A stretch of DNA of 42,726 nt from assembly GCA_032718475.1 (NCBI GenBank), contig JAUCBJ010000435.1, positions 1 through 42,726 on the forward strand, in the 5' to 3' direction. Origin of the DNA: Nemertoderma westbladi. Its lineage: Eukaryota; Animalia; Xenacoelomorpha. The notes beneath the pieces were generated by a model that was not told the DNA's origin, searched no databases, and worked only from the letters and a program-made list of their open reading frames with translations. Position 1 is the first letter of the stretch; the number at the start of each line of letters is the position of its first letter. Both the position numbers and the translations under genes were made by a program. Below are positions 33,291 through 42,726 of the stretch, one piece after another.

Positions 33291-35350
33291 AACAAGCCCC
33301 TGTCTTGTATTTTAATTACATCAGAAATCGTTGCCTTCAGTACAAATATCTAAAAATTCATTCACCTGAAGTATGGGTAACATTATAAATTCGTTTTTCG
33401 CACAGTAGAGTTAACTAAAGCAAATACCCTTCAGGTTGACTGAATGATTTTATTAATGTTTGCCATGCATAATGTACTATATTTGGGTCCCATGACCCAC
33501 CCCATTGAACAGCTTTGCTTACATCTGATAGAAAGTAATCCCAAATTAACTTCCCTCTACGAAAATTATTTTAATTAAATACATACAACATAGCAGTCAA
33601 CTCTGCAATCAACAGTACACAATAACTAAAATGGCATTCAGTTTACCAGCTATTCGCATTAAGCTAATAGATATTCGATTTCATTCGATTCAGTGAGTGT
33701 GTGAGGGCTATTGGGAGAGCAATCAGCTTATGATGTAATACATTAGAAGCCCACAGCTTTTGTTTGCTTACTGTCTGAGTTGTAAAGTGAGGATAATACT
33801 TGGCACAGAAAGCATTTCCTCGTTAGGTGGCCATTCCTATAGAATAGCATTACTAGGCCATCTCTATCCATTTTTCATGAGTGCCAGCTGGTGTTTTTAT
33901 CATTGCGCCTATGGCGTTTTTTCGTTTATGTCTATTTTTCGAGCCCACGGCTCATGGACGAAATAGCGGAACATACAAGGGACCTTAGAATCGCCGTATC
34001 TAGCCGCCGTGAAAATTTCATCAAAATCGTTAGAGTAGTTTTGGCTGTAGATCAGTCAGCCAGCCAGCCAGTCTCGAGCAATTCTTACAGTAATGAACCT
34101 CTCGGTTCCTAATTAGTCAACTGCATATATCATGTGCACATTTGCGTCTACATAAACCTAGGCCGCCCATACATTTAGTTCTACCGCCAGTCATGGGTCT
34201 ACGTCATGCCACTTCCAGTTCCGACCCAGAAGATAATCTTGTCACCCTCTCTGCCCTATTCAGTACTTATTCTACTAGGCTGAATATTTGACAAACATCC
34301 TTGTTCGGTTTAACTGTAGGGCGAGTAGCCAGTACTACGAGTCATCAGCGAAGGGTTATTATCGTACTGGGGTCGTTTCCCAGTCGAAAGCCAATAATGA
34401 GATCTTTTGAACGATGTATTTATTGATAATGGTCAAAGTATAATACCTCAGATCTGTTGTTACCTACAAGTTGCTATCACACCTATTCTTTTACCTTCTT
34501 GCCTTACTTCTGTCGTACAGGTAAAACATGGCACTATTTCTTTATTTTGCTGAATGCGTTTCTTGCTGCGGCGGGTAAGACGGTAGCCCAAAAAATAGAC
34601 ACTTCGCAGATAATTTGTAATCTATTTCATCGCGATGAGTTCGAAGTCTTGGCTTGTAATGTGAAATAGGTCATAATACTGATAATTTAGTCTTAAAACA
34701 TGGCTCTTGTACAACTAAATCTACCATTGCGGTTCCAATGAGACCAAAATGAATCACATAGCACCAAAAGATATAATAATTTGAGAAAAAATGGCATGCA
34801 CCTCAGAAATATTAACATTTTTACAGTTTTAGTCTCACCTACCTCCACTAAATAAATGATTGCACTTCTAACAAGCTATAAACCGTCCTCATATCACCAC
34901 CAGAAATGTGTCTAGTCTCAAAACCCCCTATCCGTGACCTTACGGTACCAATGATAGCGATTGTAGTGGGAAAACTTTGGTGGCGTTGCGCACCGGGTAG
35001 AATTCAACCATAAGTTGAAAAAAATTTCACAGTTTATTTTTTCACAGTTTGGCACATTTGGGGGGGGGGGGGGGGGGGTATCTCATAAGAATTTATATAT
35101 ATACATTAATATTAGTAACATATTTATTTTCAACTATTTCCAATGTTAGTTAAACTTAATTGGTGTTAAATATTCCGCGGGTTCGAAAATCGCCATGTTG
35201 GTGACAGCCAACTGACACGTGAAGGTTATGTTATCAATGTTGTCAAACCCTGTTGTTGAACTAGTGAATGAACATAAATTAACAACAATAATTGTTGATG
35301 TCTTCTACTCGTAGTATCTCTATTATAAATTAATCCGATTTATATTTCAG

Positions 35351-35505
35351 GGGGATGGATTGTTAGTAACGGCAATAACGGTGGCTTAGTCAAACAGCTG
35401 GCCGAACTTATATCCCAAAACAACATGTCAGCGAAAGAAAATATACCGCTAGTTGTTGTTAATACTTGGGGTATCGTAGCTAACTCTAGTGCCGGAAAAA
35501 ATAAG
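35351..35505 (+). CDS. TRPM-like channel exon
   Basis: GGWIVSNGNNGGLVK...PLVVVNTWGIVAN matches GAWIxTGG...GIAxWG; phase 1/0. Confidence 0.88.
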
Positions 35506-35921
35506 GTGAAAAAACTTGTCTGCTAAAAAAACCTTAAGTAGAAATTTGTTGTAATAAAAGTACAGGTAACTTTTGAGGTAACATTTGAGAATGTGAAAAT
35601 GTAAAATATATAACTTAAAATGTGATGTAGGTAAATAAAGTTAATCGTTTACAGATGAAGAATGGGTGTATTTCGAAATCGCTCACTTTATGGTAGCGAG
35701 GATCTAAGGACCCATTTACAACTCTTATAAAAATAAATAAAGTACAGATAATGGTAATCTAGGATGTACTGAAGGCTATAAAGTGTATCTTGTCCCATAA
35801 ATGGGCCTACTTCCGGTAGTTAAAATTTAATTATATACAATTAATTACATTACATTTTGTTTCGGGAGTTTTAAATCGTTTATTAATTGTGTGTTAACGT
35901 CGCCAATCCTTACCATTACAG

Positions 35922-36102
35922 GGTGAGGGAGATAAGGGATTAGTTTACAAATCGGAGATGACGTCAGCTTCCGGGGAGTACGTGCTGAATAATAAACACG
36001 GTTACTTTCTATTCGCGGATGACGGATCGATTAATAGAAAAGGAAAAGAGATTCAAATGAGGAGAAAGTTAGAAAACGAGATCGCAATGGAAGGCTTAAA
36101 AA
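35922..36102 (+). CDS. TRPM-like channel exon
   Basis: LNNKHGYFLFADDGS...GKEIQMRRKLENEI matches LxxNHSHFILVDDGT...GxEIxLRxxLExxI; phase 0/1. Confidence 0.92.
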
Positions 36103-36320
36103 GTGAGAACTTTATTTATAATGTAATACATGTTATATAATTTAATGTACCTGTACTTCCTTTGTATAGAATGTATGAGTGGTGAGGTTTTTCGGAATAA
36201 TATAGAAGTCCGTTTTTAAAAATAACAATCGTGGTAGTTCTTCCGTTATAAACTTGTAGAAAGTTAGATACTTTCTAGAATTTCAGTTTCTCAGTTAGTT
36301 TCCGTATAGAAGATTAACTT

Positions 36321-36683
36321 TTCATTGTGTCAAGTACAATGCACACATCTCCAACCAGACACTATATAACATTGGAGGTGTCTCATTGGTTCCCCAAGCT
36401 TGACACTAGAACAAAATCGCCTCCGCTTTGCAGGACATTGCTTTCGCCGTGAGGACCAGCCAGTGCATAATCTTGTACTTTGGCAGCCTCATGGAGTGAA
36501 TAAGCATGGTGGACAGCCCATGACTTTCTTGAGACGCATCTTAAAGGACACTGGCCTTGAAGATGCGAATGATCTAACAAATGTCATGGGTGATAGGGAG
36601 TTGTGGCGGTGCAATTTTGTCGATAAGCCGGCACAGCATTCTTAAAAATGCAGCTGCAATGCAGCATGCCGATCCTAGTAGTA
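36321..36683 (+). mobile_element. 5'-truncated RTE-type LINE 3' end
   Basis: RLRFAGHCFRR...DRELWR...*, (TAG)n tail, degenerate 17-bp TSD GTATAGAAGATTAACTT / GTATAGAAGGTTAGTTT. Confidence 0.85.
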
Positions 36684-36761
36684 GTATAGAAGGTTAGTTT
36701 ATTTTTAGATTGTCATAACATAGTCTGTTCAGAAGGTCCGTATTTCTCTATATTGCAATAG

Positions 36762-36966
36762 GTGCCAAGAACGTCCCAGTACCAATTCTATACTTCGTTA
36801 TTGGGGGAGATTCGATATCTCTTAAACTTACACACCAAGCTGTTACTGATGGGAGACCTCTAGTGGTGTTTGAAGGAACCGGTGGTGCGGCTGATCTGAT
36901 TTCTTACGCCTATTATAGACACTCAGAAGGGCGTTCTAGAAATATATCTAGTTATGGAGAATTACA
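36762..36966 (+). CDS. TRPM-like channel exon
   Basis: VPILYFVIGG...PLVVFEGTGGAADLISYAY matches VPVVxxxxxGG...PVVVxxGSGxxADxxA; phase 1/2. Confidence 0.92.
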
Positions 36967-37577
36967 GTTAGTAATAAAAGCTCAATAGCAAATTATTTGC
37001 AAACTTAATTAATATTAATATGGATATAGGTAGGCCTAATGTATTTAGTGAGTTCGATATTTTTATAGATACCAGAAATTTTTGAAAAATGAAGGAAATG
37101 AAACGTCGATTTGTTTACATCTATTGTTGGTAGATCATAGGTAATTGTGAGATTTAAGTTGTTTGTGAAAATATGCAAAAATACGGCTTGCTTAAGTGAG
37201 ATATCCTTTACTTTCTGTTTTGTAACACAAAATAAAATATATAAAAATATGTTGAAGTTTTACACACAGGGCGGTCCAGTACCCTCTAAACCACCCACCT
37301 TAAATGTAAATCAGCATCTTTGTAAAAGCAGCATATTCGCCTGACACATGAGCAACCTGTACCAAATCCCATCCACTACTGGACTATTGTTAATCTTCCA
37401 CCTTCACCGACATCTCTGTCACTCTGTGAGTGAGGACATACTGGCACGGAGGTGTTGTCTCATCAGTTTGCAAATGGAAATGTTCACAGTCCCTACATTC
37501 CAATATTTATATGTATTTGTTTAATGCTAAATCTGGGTTTATGTACCGGTATGTAAATAAATTCTGATTAATTGCAG

Positions 37578-37789
37578 GAAAGCAACTGCGAATAAAGGGC
37601 ACGTCGTTAGTGATGAGGTTAGAACGCGAATGGCAGCAGACTGGAATGCTAGTGATGAGAAAATCCAGAAATATACTAAATTAGTTGTGGATATTGTGAA
37701 GCTGAGACATTTGATATCCGTTATTGATATTCACAGCAGTCATTGTGGGCAGGAAGTTGAGAAAGCAGCGGTTGAAGTAATATTTACTG
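37578..37789 (+). CDS. TRPM-like channel exon
   Basis: ...IVKLRHLISVIDI...EVEKAAVEVIFT; phase 2/1 bridges both neighbours. Confidence 0.85.
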
Positions 37790-38143
37790 GTAGGTTAAAA
37801 ACAATAGTGGCCTTGTTGTATAACATTAATAACATTTAACATTTAACATTATATGATATGTATATCAAAATTTCTTGACACAAACATAACATAATATATT
37901 TAGTTTAATGAAACAGCATCAGTAAATAGAGTTTCATCATATAATAACCTGCGTTTATAGTAGATACACTGGTGTTACTAATCACCATAACGCCTTTGAA
38001 GAAACAGCAGAAAATCTATCATTTGGTTGGATTCAAAAAGACAGTGGATGACTAATTATTGCAATAGTCCCTTTCTCTATGCACCATCGAGGCATCATTA
38101 TGCAACACGGCCTCCATCCTCAGTACCATGGACCCAACCCTAT

Positions 38144-38546
38144 GGTTGGGTGCAATCTTCCCCCGCGTCCAACCTTCGCCCGCGTCCAATCTTCGCCCGC
38201 GTACAAACTTCGCCCGCGTCCAATCTTCGCCCGCGTCCAATCATCGCCCGCGACCAACCTTCGCCCAATAATATTTGTGTTAGTAACCATTTTAGTACCA
38301 AATTGAGGGAAAGGAGCAGTAGAGGCATAAAGATAGACATAGAGATGGACATAAGGCATAGAGATGCCTTTACGTACCAAAACAATAATTATTTATTGGG
38401 CGAAGGTTGCTCGCGGGCGAAGATTGCCTGCAGGCGAAGGTTTCCGCCGGGCGATAAGTTGCTCATTTTGAAGGCGCAGATTGCTCCGGGCGAAGATTGG
38501 ACGCGGGCGAAGCTATCTCGTGGGCGAAGTTTGCTGCATACCAACC
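38144..38546. mobile_element. MITE with 17-bp subterminal repeats
   Basis: GGTTGG...CCAACC ends, CTAT on both flanks, CTTCGCCCGCGTCCAAT arrays in inverted orientation at the two ends. Confidence 0.8.
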
Positions 38547-38659
38547 CTATCCGATCTGCTATCCTATCCTATCCGATTATTTTGTATTATATCGGTATTA
38601 AATAACATTAAAAATCTAAAACGTAATAAAAATAATAATATTAATATTTCTACTTTCAG

Positions 38660-38898
38660 TTTTCCCTAACGACGGTGTTAAACAACTCGCTGTCGCTATG
38701 TTATGGAATCGCGTAGATGTTCTTAGACAACGAATTCTTCCTTCCGCCAACAACATCCAACACCACCATCTACACGAGGCGTTCTTCATCGCTCTAGTTG
38801 GACATAAATCGGAGTTCACAAAACTCTTTCTAGAAACTTCCTCGGTTAAACTTAATAAATTTCTGACGGTTCCGATCCTTCAGAAACTCTATTCCAAT
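38660..38898 (+). CDS. TRPM-like channel exon (MHR3)
   Basis: QLAVAMLWNRVDVLRQRI...LHEAFFIALV...EFTKLFLE...FLTVPILQKLY matches QLxLAxxWNRVDIA...FLTxxRLxxLY; phase 1/0. Confidence 0.93.
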
Positions 38899-39130
38899 GT
38901 AAGTTTATCAACGGTTGACTGACGCCTGATCTTGGGCTGGCGGACGAGTGAGACCAGAGTGGGGTGCTACGCAGTATTTTTCTCGCGAGATTTTTACACG
39001 CGTTCATTTTTAAGTCTCTATAATTTTCAATATAACCTGTTTGACGAAAAATTACAATACGTAATTTAAATAGGAATGCTGCGTGGGTGTGTATTTTTTT
39101 TATTAAATTATTCGTATATAAATTTTGCAG

Positions 39131-39374
39131 CTACCCGATTCTACGCCGGTTAAACGATTATTAAATCGCTATAAAACTAAAGAAGATCCCAGACTGACTC
39201 TTCAGTCAGTCGCCCACGCGGTATCCAATCTAATGGGTGACCGAATATCTTACAGACCACTGTACCTCAGGGACAGTCGCTATAAAGACTTTAACACGCA
39301 GCAGACAAACGAAAATCATCAGCCAAATCACATCAGTTCAGAAGGCGTATCTTTCCAGACCAACTTTATGTCTT
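39131..39374 (+). CDS. TRPM-like channel exon
   Basis: LTLQSVAHAVSNLMGDRISYRPLY; phase 0/1, gtaagt donor. Confidence 0.88.
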
Positions 39375-39503
39375 GTAAGTAATACAATTACAAAGTATGG
39401 ATAGCTGACATTTGTAGAAAATTTCAACAAGATTAATTAGACCTACTTGTAACACAAACCGAACAAACTCTCTTATGTTCCTTTATCTGATTTCTTTGCC
39501 TAG

Positions 39504-39648
39504 CTGACGATAACGCTGATACTATTGATGACTTCGAATGGCCTGAAAGAGAATTGTTTCTCTTTGCGATCCTCACAAACAACCCAGACCTCTCCAAGAT
39601 CTTCTGGGAGCTGGGTAGATGCGGCACAGCTGCAGCGTTGTCAGCTTG
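39504..39648 (+). CDS. TRPM-like channel exon (MHR4)
   Basis: FEWPERELFLFAILTNNPDLSKIFWELGRCGTAAALSA matches PxxDLxxWAVLxNRxxMAxxFW...AAAL; phase 1/2. Confidence 0.92.
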
Positions 39649-40086
39649 GTTAGATTCATTTCATATCCATTGGTTGTATATTCGTATTCTCTGAATTTAT
39701 TAATCGCAAATTACTGTAATTCATTTACAGGGAAATTAACAGGCCTCCCTCTCTGGAGTTACGGACAGGAGGGGGGGGGGGGGGGGGGGGGGGTTCAATA
39801 CCTAACGAAATATGTTAAAAAATATGTCTATGTATTTTTTTTAAACATGTACTATACATTCACCATAAATTTGCCAATGAATGCCATACTGCCGTTAGAG
39901 TCATAATCAATGATACTCGTACTTTTTATAAAAAATGTAACAATGAGAAACACCCGGCCCTGTAATTAAAACTATTTTTAAAATCTCCATAGAAAATTCA
40001 AAACTATTGTTTACTTGCTTATTTAGCGATTTTATAATCGCCCCAGCGATCACTATTAACTGTTAACACCTTTTTAAACTTCACAG

Positions 40087-40185
40087 GAGACTTCTTCATG
40101 CAATGAGTGAAAACGATGCAATGGTAGCTTACCTTAGCGAAGACGAAATGTCCACATTCGTAGACAGCTTAGAGGAACATAAATT
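40087..40185 (+). CDS. TRPM-like channel exon
   Basis: RLLHAMSENDAMVAYLSEDEMSTFVDSLEEHK; phase 2/2. Confidence 0.82.
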
Positions 40186-40486
40186 GTTAGTTATTCTCTT
40201 CCTTGATATAAGAATGATATTTTATAAAGTTCATCTTTATAAAATACTCGAACCCACACTGAATATTTTGGTTGATTTTGTGGAAATTCAACATAATTAA
40301 AGTTATAAAAAAAAGAAAAAGATATACCGGTATTTGATTCAATTTATTATGGAATTCCAGTGTTGCAAAAAAAAGTACAAAAGAGAAGAAAAAGGAAAAA
40401 GAGTAGGTGTCAAACTACTGTATTATTATTGCTTTTTTATTTAGCGATCGATCATTATTTACTTACTTTGTTACTATTTATTCTAG

Positions 40487-40712
40487 AATGTATGAGAACT
40501 TGGCCATGGATTTGTTAAACCGTTGCCATGCCGACGATAAAGGACGGACACAGATGTTATTACGTCGTCTCGTCCCGATGTGGGGGGAGACTTCTTGTAT
40601 CGATGTTGGCCTGGCAACTGATACACTTACATTCATTACTACCAAGGGATTTCAGTCGGTGTTAGACAGTACCTGGATGGGAGACATGCAGATATCCACT
40701 TCAGTATATAAG
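40487..40712 (+). CDS. TRPM-like channel exon
   Basis: YENLAMDLLNRCH...LLRRLVPMWGETSCIDVG...FITTKGFQSVLDSTWMGDM matches A..LL..C...WGxxTCLxLA...QxxLxxxWxG; phase 2/0. Confidence 0.94.
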
Positions 40713-40960
40713 GTACCTGTAGGCCTACATGCAAATTATACATCTTTAAAAAATGTTTGTAACATAACAGAAAATGACTTCAAAAATTAAATAGTCGAGG
40801 CGTTCAATTTATTCAATCACACATAAAACCTCAACAACAATGTCGATTCAAAAACCCCAATAAATCATCTAGACCTCACCAATTATTACCATGGTGAGCC
40901 ACTATGAGATTTAATTATGTTGTAATATAATTAAGTCATATATTTTTAATTTTATGTTTC

Positions 40961-42548
40961 TATAACTTCACCTTGGTTGTGCATGGTTCTACAATAATTT
41001 TACCTTCTAGGTGTGGTTGTGCATGGTTCTATAATAACTCTCCCTTCTAGGTGTGGTTGTGCATGGTTCTATAATAACTCTCCCTTCTAGGTGTGGTTGT
41101 GCATGGTTCTATAATAACTCTCCCTTCTAGGTGTGGTTGTGCATGGTTCTATAATAACTCTCCCTTCTAGGTGTGGTTGTGCATGGTTCTATAATAACTC
41201 TCCCTTCTAGGTGTGGTTGTGCATGGTTCTATAATAACTCTCCCTTCTAGGTGTGGTTGTGCATGGTTCTATAATAACTCTCCCTTCTAGGTGTGGTTGT
41301 GCATGGTTCTATAATAACTCTCCCTTCTAGGTGTGGTTGTGCATGGTTCTATAATAACTCTCCCTTCTAGGTGTGGTTGTGCATGGTTCTATAATAACTT
41401 CCCTTCTAGGTGTGGTTGTGCATGGTTCTATAATAACTTCCCCTTCTAGGTGTGGTTGTGCATGGTTCTATAATAACTCTCCCTTCTAGGTGTGGTTGTG
41501 CATGGTTCTATAATAACTTCCCTTCTAGGTGTGGTTGTGCATGGTTCTATAATAACTCTCCCTTCTAGGTGTGGTTGTGCATGGTTCTATAATAACTCTC
41601 CCTTCTAGGTGTGGTTGTGCATGGTTCTATAATAACTCTCCCTTCTAGGTGTGGTTGTGCATGGTTCTATAATAACTCTCCCTTCTAGGTGTGGTTGTGC
41701 ATGGTTCTATAATAACTCTCCCTTCTAGGTGTGGTTGTGCATGGTTCTATAATAACTCTCCCTTCTAGGTGTGGTTGTGCATGGTTCTATAATAACTCTC
41801 CCTTCTAGGTGTGGTTGTGCATGGTTCTATAATAACTCTCCCTTCTAGGTGTGGTTGTGCATGGTTCTATAATAACTCTCCCTTCTAGGTGTGGTTGTGC
41901 ATGGTTCTATAATAACTCTCCCTTCTAGGTGTGGTTGTGCATGGTTCTATAATAACTTCCCTTCTAGGTGTGGTTGTGCATGGTTCTATAATAACTCTCC
42001 CTTCTAGGTGTGGTTGTGCATGGTTCTATAATAACTCTCCCTTCTAGGTGTGGTTGTGCATGGTTCTATAATAACTCTCCCTTCTAGGTGTGGTTGTGCA
42101 TGGTTCTATAATAACTCTCCCTTCTAGGTGTGGTTGTGCATGGTTCTATAATAACTCTCCCTTCTAGGTGTGGTTGTGCATGGTTCTATAATAACTCTCC
42201 CTTCTAGGTGTGGTTGTGCATGGTTCTATAATAACTCTCCCTTCTAGGTGTGGTTGTGCATGGTTCTATAATAACTCCCCCTTCTAGGTGTGGTTGTGCA
42301 TGGTTCTATAATAACTCCCCCTTCTAGGTGTGGTTGTGCATGGTTCTATAATAACTCTCCCTTCTAGGTGTGGTTGTGCATGGTTCTATAATAACTCTCC
42401 CTTCTAGGTGTGGTTGTGCATGGTTCTATAATAACTTCCCCTTCTAGGTGTGGTTGTGCATGGTTCTATAATAACTCTCCCTTCTAGGTGTGGTTGTGCA
42501 TGGTTCTATAATAACTCTCCCTTCTAGGTGTGGTTGTGCATGGTTCTA
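40961..42548. repeat. 40-bp minisatellite spanning the intron/exon boundary (39 acceptor copies)
   Basis: Unit GTGTGGTTGTGCATGGTTCTATAATAACTCTCCCTTCTAG; three 39-bp variants. Confidence 0.97.
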
Positions 42549-42623
42549 CCATTTCTGGTTCCCTCACTCATCACATTCCGCAGTGAACTCGATTCTTTAG
42601 AAAATGAAAAACAGGAACCCAAA
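42528..42623 (+). CDS. TRPM-like channel exon (pre-S1)
   Basis: VWLCMVLPFLVPSLITFRSELDSLENEKQEPK, cttctag acceptor, gttagt donor, phase 0/0; fits the pre-S1 hydrophobic segment following WxGxM. Confidence 0.85.
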
Positions 42624-42726
42624 GTTAGTATATCTGCGAGCTTTATGGTACATTTATCGTTCGCTTACATCAGGAACGATGTGTGGTGACCCCATGTCCT
42701 TATGATTGTCTATTTATCTGTCTGTC

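Noticed and set aside
34300-34360. Minus-strand CTGATGA hammerhead-like core
   Set aside because: No GAAA at the expected position after a stem II.
38027-38669. Cluster of overlapping ORFs
   Set aside because: Produced by the GC-rich 17-bp repeats of the MITE inside a TRPM intron.
29820-39793. Poly-G/poly-C tracts at ~29820, ~31146, ~35060 and ~39770
   Set aside because: Simple intronic homopolymers of unreliable length with no further structure supporting a function.

Overview
Repeat-rich animal (invertebrate-like) genomic DNA, not prokaryotic. The left half is a transposon nest. It is dominated by a minus-strand, 16-kb BEL/Pao-type LTR element (6468-22589). Its gag-protease ORF has lost RT, most of RNase H and integrase in frame, and an unrecognised extra ORF sits in the env position. 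A foldback/MITE splits the gag ORF and a 5'-truncated CR1-group LINE interrupts the extra ORF. The 5' end of a second related element occupies 1-2706. Between the two elements lie a minimal hammerhead-ribozyme repeat unit (4753-5165), minisatellites and the last two exons of a nicotinic-acetylcholine-receptor-like gene, whose upstream exons I cannot find. The right half holds 14 phase-consistent coding exons (776 codons) of a divergent TRPM-family channel gene on + (28570-42623, continuing past the window). Its introns carry RTE fragments, a Helitron-like end with a (GGCTC)n array, a MITE and a 40-bp minisatellite made of 39 tandem copies of a splice acceptor, of which only the last is productive. 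All calls come from reading the sequence by eye; no searches were run.
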